Assembly (NCBI GenBank): GCA_951406725.2
Contig: OX597836.1
Location: 5,208,001 to 5,272,000, forward strand
DNA length: 64,000 bases
Direction: 5' to 3'
Origin: Octopus vulgaris
Taxonomy: Eukaryota
Each line of letters begins with the position of its first letter. Within the stretch, counting starts at the first letter, position 1. Shown here one piece after another: positions 16,414 to 29,060 of the stretch. A program made the position numbers and the translations under genes. The notes below the pieces were generated by a model. It was given only the letters and a program-made list of their open reading frames with translations, was not told where the DNA came from and ran no database searches.

Positions 16414-17499
16414 GTTATTACATTTATGGATCTAGTTATCTAACAACATAAACACACACGTATACACACAAAAACACATGTATGCTTGCATGTAAAATTG
16501 CATACATTTACACATACATATATACATACACTCAGGCTTACATGCATACATATACACACACCCATAAACACACACACACTCACTGGTATGTATATATACA
16601 CACGTGCGCACTTGTGTGTGTGTGTGTGTGTGTGTGTGTCTGTGTATGTATGTTAGTGTGTGTGTTCCACAAGCAAACACTGTACTCTCCACGTTTTGCT
16701 TTTTTCCAATTACCGTAACCTAATTTTCTGCCAAATTCCCTATTGAATTTTCGATGCAGTTTATGTAAGAATGTTTCCAGTCTTTTGCCAATTCTGGTAT
16801 ACATCATTTAACGTTGTCCTACAAACACATCTATCACCATCCGGTTTGATTTAGAAAGATGCTTATAAAAGGCGATGCCACAATGAACACAAGTGTGGAA
16901 GAAGCCAGTCTCCATAAAAATAGGTTGTTAGACACACATCTTTTGTAGGATTGTTTGGATATTGTTTTATTTTCTTAGCAGTTTCATTCTTTTCACGTTG
17001 GCTTTGCAGAGGTATCGACGTGTTGCTGCGTAAGTACTTAGTCCATCATATCAACGCCAGTAGCTTTTTTTTCAATTATCTTAAATATTTTATCGCTCTC
17101 TGGTTTATCGAATCGCCGTGTTCAGCTTTATCGCCGCAGTACCGTAGGCGTTGGTTCACATTGCAGAAAATAAATATATTTGGAGACGGAGGTAGATACA
17201 TGAATATACATATATACACACACACACATATATATATATATAGTGACGAATTTTATATATTTATAAATAAGGATAACAGCGATATTTAAATATCGATATT
17301 ATCAAGTGGCCAGCATGGGGAAAAATACCATACAAAGGTAATAATTTTTTTATTATATATATATATAAAACAATGTATATTTAAATATGAGAATATTTTT
17401 CAGCATTATTCTCAGTCAGACATTATGAAGGTGAGAAAATATCTACAAAAAAGCATAAATAATTTTGGTTCCAGAATTCTGTAAAAGTCCAGAAAAATC

Positions 17500-17648
17500 A
17501 AGCGTGGGAGTAAATCGATTATATCACGCTCAGTATTCAATTCATAGTCATTTTATAAGCCCAGAAGGATTAAAGTCAAAGTCGACTTCGACAGCATTTG
17601 AACTCATAACGTGGAGACTAACAAAATGCCGCTAAGCATTTTGCCCAA
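17500..17648 (-). mobile_element. SINE family 3, degenerate
   Basis: AAAGTCGACTTCG..ATTTGAACTCA..AACGT...AAATGCCGCTAAGCATTT. Confidence 0.7.
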
Positions 17649-17792
17649 AGGTTTGCTACTTGTTTCGGCTTGTGTGTGGTCTGCTTGAGCCTGCCTTGAT
17701 CTCCATTTCGATGCGGCTATGTTAGAAGGGTTTATGTCAGTTCTAGACCTCAGTTTTGCTCATTGCAGAAGAAAAAAAGAATGAGTTTCCTT

Positions 17793-18029
17793 CTTCAGCC
17801 ATGCCAAGCTCTTAAGGGCCGGTTTCCCGGTTTCATGGCATATATATTCTCCGCATGGCGGGGACGCGGGTCCTTCGCAGAAATAGTCATTTTTGCCAGG
17901 TGAGGGTATTGGAGCAACGTGAAGTGAAGAGTTTTGCTAAAGAACACAACGTGTCACCCGGTCCAGGAATCCAAACCACACTCTTGTGATCATGAGTACA
18001 TCATCCTAACCACTAACCCACGCGCATCC
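17793..18029 (-). mobile_element. SINE family 4 (tRNA head, Meta-SINE-like body)
   Basis: Minus strand GGATGCGCGTGGGTTAGTGGTTAGG...GGTTTGGATTCC, then CGTTGTGTTCTTTAGCAAAAC...ATGAAACCGGGAAACCGGCCC. Confidence 0.6.
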
Positions 18030-18433
18030 ACCTGCTCGTTGCATCACCTCCAAAACCCTTCCCAATTTCCTAGATAGCTTCCTCTTGAGCATGACCCGGC
18101 TTTTGGCAAAACACGATGCAGTTTCTCTGCACTGTGCATTCAGCTAAATTGAAAATCCAACGAAGCGGGTATTACACGTCTAACCTCTGAACGTAACAGA
18201 CGGGAACGTAAAGATTTCCGTGCGTGTAAGAGGAAGGGGAGCATCACATTCCATGACAGGACTTAATTTTGGCGGGAAAATATAAAGTCGCATACATTTT
18301 GAACGCACCTCATGTATACCGCCACATACACATACACGCACAGACATGCAAACATACACACATAAAATGTAACCACATGTAAATCGTTGGCGATTTCCTT
18401 CCTCCGTCACCCAATTCCATTGGACTTTCCCCT

Positions 18434-18469
18434 GTTTCTGAAGAAGAGCGTCTGCTCGAAACGTTAAAC
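18434..18469 (+). ncRNA. Minimal type I hammerhead ribozyme motif (family A variant, canonical CUGAAGA box)
   Basis: GTTT-CTGAAGA-A-GAGC(GTCT)GCTC-GAAACGT-T-AAAC: stem I GTTT/AAAC, stem II GAGC/GCTC, palindromic ACGT in place of stem III. Confidence 0.8.
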
Positions 18470-19021
18470 CATCTTTCTTTCCTTACCTGAGCGTCTGCTA
18501 ATACTTTACATGTACCACACCCTCGCGCTGTTGTTTGTTGTGCATGTTCTTCTTATTTTATGGATTTACTACATACATACATAGATACATACATACATAC
18601 ATACACACATACATACATACATACATACATGCATGCATACATACATACATACATACATACATAGAATACATACATACATACACACATACATACATACATA
18701 CATACATGCATGCATACATACATACATACATACATAGAATACATACATACATACACACATACATACATACATACATACATACATACATACATACATACAT
18801 ACATGCATACATACATACATACATACATAAATACATACATATATACATGCATGCATACATGCATACATATATACGTACCTGAATTCGTGCTGTCGATGAC
18901 ATTTTTCCTTCTTTGGACGTTTCCCATTTCCCTTTATTCCTTTCCGACGAAGAGGTATGGTCGAATTGTCAAAAATTTTCTCTGATACACTCCATGTGCA
19001 CGTCCTATTGATGTCTGTTAT

Positions 19022-19105
19022 AGATGTTAGGAAGGGTATCCAGCCGTAAAAACCCTGCCAAAACAGACACAGCGGCCTGTCAACTTTCCTAGCCATGTAT
19101 CCATG
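19022..19105 (+). mobile_element. SINE 3' fragment
   Basis: GTTAGGAAGGGTATCCAGCCGTAAAAACCCTGCC resembles a widespread invertebrate SINE 3' motif. Confidence 0.5.
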
Positions 19106-19108
19106 CAA

Positions 19109-19153
<45 letters not shown>

Positions 19154-19387
19154 AACAGAGATAGAGATAGATATATACATATATACGTACATACATACAT
19201 AGAGATAAAGATAGATATGAAGAAATAAATATATATGTATATATGTATGTATGTATGTATATATATATATATATATATATAAATATATATGTATGTATAT
19301 GAATATGTACATATATATATGTGTGTATATATATATATATACATAGATACATATATATACGCACACACACATATATATATATATACA

Positions 19388-19471
<84 letters not shown>

Positions 19472-19911
19472 ACTCACATGTACATGTATAATTATTTCGT
19501 CTGATATATTTATCGAGATATACATATATCGATCGAGCACGTGCCTATATCACACATCAAGTTATCAAGAAACGCCAACATGATTTGTTGCCTCTACACA
19601 TTCTCTTATATCCGAGCGTATGTAGGCAAGAAATAACACTTACCTACACTGACATAGTTATTGCCAGTTTATGCTCACCATTAGATAGTAAACAGCAACA
19701 CGTTGCCAGAATGTATACATTCGTATAGCTGTGGAGATTTGACTCGCAGGCGTACAACGTGGGAGACAAGACAATTCAAACGAACGTGTGGGATTGTGCG
19801 TGCGTATGAGCGAGTACTGTGTATGTATGTATGTGTCTGTGTGTCTGTGGGCGTGTGTGTTTATAGTTATATATATATATATATATATATACATATATAT
19901 ATTTTTTCATT

Positions 19912-19946
<35 letters not shown>

Positions 19947-19983
19947 GTATGTTTATGAATATGTATATATGTATATATATGTA

Positions 19984-20043
<60 letters not shown>

Positions 20044-20130
20044 GATACATGTATATACATATATATATATACATAGAGACATATATATATATATATATGT
20101 ATATATATTATATATATATATATATATATA

Positions 20131-20272
20131 CACACAACTCAAAAGTATATGTATAATTATTTCGTCTGATATATTTATCGGGATATTGTATATGTATATA
20201 TATATATATATACACACACAACTCAAAAGTATATGTATAATTATTTCGTCTGATATATTTATCGGGATATTG

Positions 20273-20280
<8 letters not shown>
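20131..20280. repeat. Tandem duplication of a ~65-bp unique segment within (TA)n; third copy at about 19465-19520
   Basis: CACAACTCAAAAGTATATGTATAATTATTTCGTCTGATATATTTATCGGGATATTG occurs twice. Confidence 0.9.
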
Positions 20281-20325
<45 letters not shown>

Positions 20326-21434
20326 GTAATTTTTTCGTGAGGAGTGTACAAGAGAAACAAGAGACAGACAGACAGACAGATAGATAACTAGCGAATGAGA
20401 GGAAGTGTTATATAGAGAGATATATGTGCACAGACATGCATATAAGCACACATTTACATAAATCTATATTGTGTATAGATTTATTTATAAGGACACATAT
20501 AATTATGTATGTTTATATGGATGTATATAGGTATACAATACGTGTAAATGTGTGTGTATGGGTGTCTGTGTATTTGTGTGTGTGTGAGTGTGTGTGAGTG
20601 TGTGTCCGTGCGCGTATGTGCAAGAATGTGTTTGTATGTTCGTTTTTGTGTCTTTCGTGTCTACAAGAGCATGTATGCCCATCTCTATGTCAGTTTATAT
20701 AAGTGCATACGGACACACTTTCACTGACACACATATAAAACACACACACATACACACATACACACACACACACACACACGCACACACACATATACGTCTA
20801 CTCCTTCGCCCACCCCGAACTTCCTACGTTTTTCCAATCAGTAACTCCGAGTCGGTGAAGATGGCGACGCGGCGCTGCATGGTTGACACATACACAAAGA
20901 CACACTCACGTATGTTGCTGTTTACCATACAATGGCAAAATCTCTATCGATTTATCTATTTCTATATTGAAAGCACGAGCTATTCCAATTTACAAGATAT
21001 TATCACAAGTTCTTTCGAGGAAATTGGTAAATAATATTTTATTCCAAGAAAAGCGACATTGTCTTCTTTTCACAGAAGGCTTCCTGCAGCTATCCTTACT
21101 TTGGCAAAACTTTCTATGGAATTTCGATTTTGATGACTGTGTAGGGAGTAACAATAAAAAGAAAGAACAGAAGAAGCAGTCAATGGAATATATATATATT
21201 TATATATGTATACATATGCACATATACATGCACACGTATAATATATTTTGGGGTTTGTGTTTGAGTGTCTATACTTGAAAGCGTCAATAAATAAAAATAT
21301 AATTATGTTTGTTTGTGTGTGTATATATATATATATTCATATATAAATACATGAACACAGCCGTATATACACACAGAACAGTTCATAAATACATATAACC
21401 ATTTATATTCTATAAGTTATATCTAGTACTGAAT

Positions 21435-21523
<89 letters not shown>

Positions 21524-21578
21524 ATGTGTGTGCGTGTGTGTGCGCGCGCGTGTGTGTGCGTGTGTGTGTGTATGTATG

Positions 21579-21642
<64 letters not shown>

Positions 21643-21717
21643 TGTATACATGTTCGCATAAGTGTGTGTCTATGTGTGCGTGTGTCTCTGTTTCTGTAAT
21701 ATATGCTTGTAAATAAT

Positions 21718-21796
<79 letters not shown>

Positions 21797-22591
21797 GGAT
21801 TGATGAATAAAGAGTGATGTTAGCGATCGAACTCATTGTATGACATATTATATTTCGCACAGAAAATGAAATTAAACATAAACATTTTTTTTCCCTATTC
21901 AAAACGTTTGGATGCTTTTTTTTCATTCACTTTCGATTTATGTTTGAATATATTTTTACAACATGAAAGAAAGAGATGTATTCCAAACAAGCAATATATC
22001 TGTGATTAGAATTTACACAGAACCAAGCAGTTATTCCTGTATTTCTACGCACATATATGCATTTGTGCACGCACGCATGGATTTCATTGCAAATGCAGAT
22101 CTGTAAGATTCGGCTGATGTCGGCTGGCTGATTCGATAAAATGGCTAAGGGCAATGCTGCCTGGTATTTTCCCCTGATCATAGATCTGTGAGTTCGGATA
22201 CTACAAGGCCATCTTCTTCCTTTAATATTTGAAGGAGGTAGAGATCCATTGGTGGTGAAACGCGTTGCCCTCCTATCTGTCACATTCTGATTGTTCTCAT
22301 GGGTTAAAAAAAGGGAAGTCCGAAAAGATGTGCGCATCTACATGAAGTTGCATGACAGACCAAAACGTGAAAGAATTAATATATTTTCTATAAAGTTTTC
22401 AACGATGAATAAATATATCATTTTTTATGTCTAAACAGGCCTAGGCAAGGCTGTCTGCTGATGAACCTAGCCTTGCAAGCGCGTAGTTTCAGCTTCAGTA
22501 TAACTGCGTGTCAATTAGGGCAAGTTCTTCTCATTTCACCGGACCAACTTGTGAGTGAGTTGGGAAGACGGAAATTGTGTAGAATTCTATC

Positions 22592-22624
<33 letters not shown>

Positions 22625-22803
22625 ACGGGAAGCTTTATGAAAATAAACAACAGACGAAGGCAGGTGGAATACAAACAAACAATTGTATTAGTATGGCGCT
22701 CAGGAATATAAATAAAACAAGTATTTTACGTTTCGAGCCTACGCTCTTCAACAGAAAGATACACAGAAAAGAAACACGGAGAGAAACAAGGAGAGAAAAA
22801 AAA
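22625..22803 (-). mobile_element. Hammerhead-bearing small element family A (motif about 22724-22758)
   Basis: Minus strand CTTT-CTGTTGA-A-GAGC(GTAG)GCTC-GAAACGT-A-AAA, then a ~100-nt tail ending at (TA)n. Confidence 0.8.
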
Positions 22804-23030
22804 TGCGTGCAGAAGCTAGCGAATCAACGTCCAAGGATGGAGGCGTAGGAAGGGAGTTAGCTTCAAGTAATCCGTAAACAATTTTCAAAGACAATAGTTG
22901 TTTATTGGGATTTTTTTTTTATCGAAATACGATAAATTGAAAAAAGACAGAATCTCATTGAATCTTGCATGAGTGAACATGTAGCTCCTTGCGACAATGT
23001 AGACTTTCATTCGATCAAGATATCCTTCGC

Positions 23031-23108
23031 CTGAAGAATAACCTGCAGTATACACATCGCTTGGATATTTACCACTTCTGAGGTTCCGCTTGGTATGAAA
23101 CATATGTC
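23031..23108 (+). ncRNA. Candidate hammerhead motif with long stem II; stem I degenerate
   Basis: CTGAAGA-ATAAC...GGTAT-GAAACATATGTC with palindromic ACATATGT and GUC site. Confidence 0.5.
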
Positions 23109-23266
23109 ACCCGGATCTTATCTCCACCATTCCTTAACTTTTGTGTGTGTGTGTATATATATGTGTGTGTGTGTGTGCGTGTATGTGTGTGTGTGTTTGT
23201 GCGTGCGTGTATATGTATATATATAGGTATATATAGATGTGTGTGTAAATATATGTCACTTTTGCA

Positions 23267-23344
<78 letters not shown>

Positions 23345-23364
23345 TGAGTGTGTGTGTGTGTGTT

Positions 23365-23395
<31 letters not shown>

Positions 23396-23525
23396 GTAAA
23401 ACGGTTGAATTAGATTCGTCCTTCAATTTGGAGGTTCCGAGAAAGGATTTCTAATATAGACTTTTCCTATTTTGCTGGTAGCTTACTAGCCTAAAATTGC
23501 GAATATGAAAACAAGACTTGTATAT

Positions 23526-23739
23526 GGTGTGTTGAGAATTTATGGAAACAAATTCCATAAAACTCAACAATTTTGATAAAAATCGAGAAGATAAGTTGTT
23601 AAAATATATAAGAGAATTTTACGAAATGATCGTCTGAATGAATTAAAATTCTCTTATATATTTTAATACTTTCTCTTCTCCATTTTTATCAAAATTGTTG
23701 AGTTTTATGGCATTTGTTTCCATAAATTCGCAACACATC
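23526..23739. repeat. Inverted repeat, ~95-bp arms, ~22-nt spacer, ending near (TA)n
   Basis: About 23526-23621 is the imperfect reverse complement of 23644-23739. Confidence 0.9.
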
Positions 23740-23747
23740 ACATTTAC

Positions 23748-23834
<87 letters not shown>

Positions 23835-23892
23835 TATATATATATATATGTGGTATATATATGGTATATATATGGTATATATATATATATAT

Positions 23893-23968
<76 letters not shown>

Positions 23969-23996
23969 AAACGTTAGCACGCCGGGTGAAAAAAAA

Positions 23997-24232
23997 GGCG
24001 GCGAGCTGGCAGAAACGTTAGCACGCCGGGTGAAATGTCTCGTTACGCTTAGCGGTATTTCGTCTGTCGTTACGTTCTGAGTTCAAATTCCGCCGAGGTC
24101 GACTTTGCCTTTCATCCTTTCGGGGTCGATAAATAAAGTACCAGTTACGCACTGGGGTCGATGTAATCGACTTAATCCCTTTGTCTGTCCTTGTTTGTCC
24201 CCTCTGTCTTTAGCCCCTTGTGGGTAGTAAAG

Positions 24233-24236
<4 letters not shown>
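23997..24236 (+). mobile_element. SINE family 3 (Nin-domain-like), well-preserved copy inside (TA)n
   Basis: GGCGGCGAGCTGGCAGAAACG head, GAGTTCAAATTCC B box, GCCGAGGTCGACTTTGCCTTTCATCCTTTCGGGGTCGATAAATAAAGTACCAG core. Confidence 0.85.
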
Positions 24237-24330
<94 letters not shown>

Positions 24331-24916
24331 TTACGTATGAATGTATGTAAGTAGATTCAGTCGTATAAATACATCATATGCATCTTATATAAATAAATAA
24401 ATACATTTAAATATATTAATCAAAGAACGTACTCTGTGTATCTCCCTGCTGGAAATAACAGTCAAAACTCCTATTCAAATCGCCAAAATACATTAATAAG
24501 TACAGAAAGCAACTGCCCGAAGGCAAACGGGCTAAGACAATCTGTCAGCATACATTCAACTATTTGGACTCCCGTGAACCGGTTTCTGGATTGGCATAAT
24601 AGCTTCACCCTCTTCAGCACACGTTACCATGATAGAGAGTCCCAACTCGTGACGTTGAATCTGCACTGCAACTGGCTCGTTGTTATATGCGTATAACCAT
24701 GCATATATATATATTTACATAAACACACACACACACACACGTATGCAGACACACACACGCGTGCGCACGCACACACACACATATATAAATATATATATAT
24801 ATATGTAGGTAGTCAGATATTCATATGTACATATAATTTTATACATCCATATACATCCGCAAACAGATATATTTATAGATATATGTATTTGTGTGTGCAC
24901 TATATATATGTGTGTG

Positions 24917-25514
<598 letters not shown>

Positions 25515-25865
25515 TCTTTTTGTTATATTCAATTGAATATATTGATTAGCTTGACTGGACCGTACTTAAATCTTTTCAAAGACTCGAACCAACGCCGCCG
25601 GCACCAGCAGACGTTAAGGCATCGGCAATACTAGTAAGACTTGGTAGCATCAGCTCCACCAATACCAGCACCATTAAGACCACCACCACCACCACCACCG
25701 GCAACTCCGCCATCACTGCTGCCACCACTGCCGCGGCCACCACCGCCGCCGCCACAATCACTACCATCCCCATCATTATGCTCGTAATAGAGCCAAGGAC
25801 CACTTTCACGCTATTTTCGTTAACAGCAGCTAAACCGACACCAACGTCCCCACCGTCAGAATATC

Positions 25866-26084
25866 ACAAAGGGGTGTTGTAAAGTTCCTGCAATTAAGAG
25901 TGTCGCAAAAATCCTGGATGGAGGCCCAACCCACGGACTTGGTCTGCATGGCTTTGAAAAGCTGAACGACCGCTACAATTGGTGTGCGAATCTGAGAAGG
26001 TTATATGTTGAATAAAATCATAATTAATACATCTTTTCATATTTTCCTTTTATCATAACCAAGAAATTTTCAGCAACCCTTCGT
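25866..26084 (+). mobile_element. Mariner-derived MITE, copy 2
   Basis: Homologous to 13278-13492 (AAAGTTCCTG...GAATCTGAGA...TGTTGAATAAAATCATAATTAA...TTTTCAGCAACCCTTCG). Confidence 0.75.
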
Positions 26085-26086
26085 GT

Positions 26087-26155
<69 letters not shown>

Positions 26156-26175
26156 GAGAGAGAAAGAAAGAGAGA

Positions 26176-26357
26176 AGAAGATGCTGAAAAGTTCCTGCAT
26201 TTAAGTGCATCACGAAAGACGTTGTAGGAGTCTCAAACTTCCGACGCTTAGAAAAGCAGAAGGTCCGCTGCAATAAGTGAGAGAATCTGGGCTGAATATG
26301 TTATACTCTGCTGCATTTCCTTTTACCCAAAGCTAGAAACTTTTTAGTACCCATTCG
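26176..26357 (+). mobile_element. Mariner-derived MITE, copy 3
   Basis: GCTGAAAAGTTCCTG...CGCTGCAATAAGTG...AAACTTTTTAGTACCCATTCG|TA. Confidence 0.65.
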
Positions 26358-26676
26358 TATTAATGATTCTTCCTCTTAAAGGCATAGGGTTTATAGAAGA
26401 AAACCTACGAAAATGTTTAAGACCAGTCATGTTACTATCATCTACCAATCAAATCCTATTTAAAACATACGCTAATTTGAGTTGTGAACTCCCAATAAAA
26501 GTAGGGCAAGCTTCAAACACTAGTCAGAGGCAAGACAGCTGCGGCATAAGCCACGTCTATCTATTGGAAATCTGAAAATCAGTGTAAACTGTGAAACTGG
26601 TAAAAGCTTGAAATATGTTTTTTAAAATATTTTAACTATTCTCAGTGCATTTTCAAATTCCGTTTTCCCCACAAAG

Positions 26677-26714
<38 letters not shown>

Positions 26715-26838
26715 GGGGAAAATGGAATTTGCAAACGCAAATCTGGCCTCCAACCAGATCTTTCACGATACCCTCAATGCCAGGAGCTTTCAACACACCC
26801 GCGTCTTTACAATTATATAAAATAAAGAATGAAAGGTA

Positions 26839-26875
<37 letters not shown>

Positions 26876-26941
26876 CATGCATAAATCTTATATATATATA
26901 TATATATATATATATAGATAAGATATATATATATATAAAAT

Positions 26942-26985
<44 letters not shown>

Positions 26986-27168
26986 GTTATATAATTAGTG
27001 TTCAGTAAATAATTTACTTTACCACACACCGAACTTTTAGAAATTGCAGCCCAAAAATTTTAGCTATTTCTTCTACCATAAGAAAAGTCTCCCAGACAAT
27101 GTATACTCAAAAATAATTCACACAGGTATAGAGGGGAAAATAACGAAAGATCACACGTACATCGATTA

Positions 27169-27252
27169 CTTGAGAACGCCGTTTCTGGATTAGTTGGATA
27201 AAGAGATGCTAGAAATACATACTCCTATCAACATTTCCTTCGTCAGCCCAAG
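27169..27252 (-). ncRNA. Type I hammerhead motif, family B (left arm)
   Basis: Minus strand CTTGGG-CTGACGA-AGGA...TCCA-GAAAC-GGC-GTT-CTCAAG; stem I retained through a G-U pair. Confidence 0.7.
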
Positions 27253-27358
27253 ATTTCGTTTGGTTTAAATTTGAGAGCACTAAAAATCGAACATACTCTT
27301 CTGATATGAGACGGGAATGTTCGATTTTTAGTACTCTCAAATTTAAACCAAACGAAAT

Positions 27359-27442
27359 CTTGAGCTGACGAAGGAAATGTTGATATAGGTATGTATTTCA
27401 AGCATCTCTATATATAACTAATCCAGAAACGGCGTTCTCAAG
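27359..27442 (+). ncRNA. Type I hammerhead motif, family B (right arm)
   Basis: CTTGAG-CTGACGA-AGGA...TCCA-GAAAC-GGC-GTT-CTCAAG; 6-bp stem I CTTGAG/CTCAAG; long imperfect stem II. Confidence 0.75.
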
Positions 27443-28136
27443 TAATCGATGTACGTGTGATCTTTCGTTATCTTTCCCTCTATATCTGTGTGAATTATTT
27501 TTGAGTATATTTTGTCTGGGAGATTTTTCTTATAGTAGAAGAAATAGCTAAAATTTTTGGGCTGCAATTTCTAAAAGTTCGGTGTGTGGTAAAGTAATTT
27601 TTTTACTGAACCCTATTTATATAACGTAATGTTTTAAATATACCGTAAATGGGCTTTTTACATACTGAACACTACTTGGTAAAATTAATTAATTATTAAT
27701 TAATTTTACCCTTTTATTATTGTATATATATATATATATATATATATGGGGTGGGGTTGTGCGTGTGTATGTATATTTATATTAGTGTATTTATATGTCT
27801 ATATTTATATACGTGTACATGCGTCTTGTGTGTGTTGGTGCGTGTGTGTGAATGTGTCCACCCACACATGTGCATATGCAAAAAGTTGCATTAAGGGATT
27901 GAGGGGGAAAAGGAAAGAAAGGCGATGAGAAAAAGAAAAAGGACATTGACAGAGATAAGATCCCAAATATATCTCGTCAATTGATGTCATATTTAGACAT
28001 AATCGGGAAAGAAGAAGATATAGCTGTAGATATTTCATTCCATGTAGAATTTACTCTGAATACGGTAGTTAGACTTGAATACTTCGTTAAGTAGAGCAGA
28101 AAAGGTTCATATGATATATATGTGTATATATGTATG

Positions 28137-28196
<60 letters not shown>

Positions 28197-28296
28197 CATA
28201 TTTATTTATATATATATGCATGTATATACATATATATATAGAGAGAGATATGTATGTATACATGTATGTATGTTTATATGTGTGTATATGTGTATA

Positions 28297-28346
<50 letters not shown>

Positions 28347-28851
28347 TAGATAGAATGATTGATAGATAGACAGATATAAATATATATACGTTCTATCTAT
28401 GTACACGTATACTCTTCAAATATATATATATATATATTCTCTGATGCGGCCAGTTCTAGAGTTTTGTGCAGCATGCTAAGGAGTGGAAATGGGAAGAGGT
28501 TATATGTCAACTTTATATGAGATCTCCCAGAGATGTAAATCGCTTCCATTTACGTACGAAACAGCATCATTAGAACTTTGTGTAGGAAACCTTTCCGATA
28601 TCATTTTCATAGATTTTGAATTCTATGTTCAAATCCTGCCGTTATCAACATTGACTTTTAGGCCTCCATATCTAATAAAACTGAATTTCTGTACAGATCG
28701 CTTGATTAGGGGAAATTTTAAAATGTTCTGGGTTTCTACACGCTGAGCTTTACTTTGATCTTTCATCTTTTTCTATCAATGAAATTCTGTATTATTCAAG
28801 TGCCTGTTTTGTGGATTTCATTATTTAAACGAACGTGTGGTTTTGTAGTAT

Positions 28852-29060
28852 CCTTTATCTGTTACTTGTTGGGATCATTAGACTGCGGCCATGCTGGGGC
28901 ACCGCCTTGAAGGATATTTGTTCGAATGAATCGAGCATAGGATTTAAGTCTTGTTGAGCCTGGTGCTTATTCAGTTCTCTTTGTCGAACCGCCAAGTTAT
29001 GGGGGGCCTAAACACAACAACACCGGTTATCAATCGGTAGAAGAGAAAGAACACAGACAC
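28852..29060 (-). mobile_element. SINE family 1, 3' half
   Basis: GACTGCGGCCATGCTGGGGCACCGCC...GAACCGCCAAGTTATGGGG. Confidence 0.75.

Larger units (their letters stand above)
26983..27628. repeat. Long inverted repeat, ~312-bp arms (26983-27294 and 27317-27628), each arm carrying a hammerhead motif
   Basis: Arms are reverse complements with scattered substitutions; 22-nt spacer; (TA)n on both outer sides. Confidence 0.95.

Noticed and set aside
16680-17130. GIY-YIG-like remnant on the minus strand (CVHCG...FVGQ)
   Set aside because: The motif is too weak and interrupted by stops.
22225-22275. Hammerhead 3' half GAAACGCGTT
   Set aside because: No convincing CUGANGA box or stems.
25576-25860. 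GC-rich Ala/Val/Thr-rich ORF
   Set aside because: Degenerate (ACC/GCC)n repeat with no splice or homology support.
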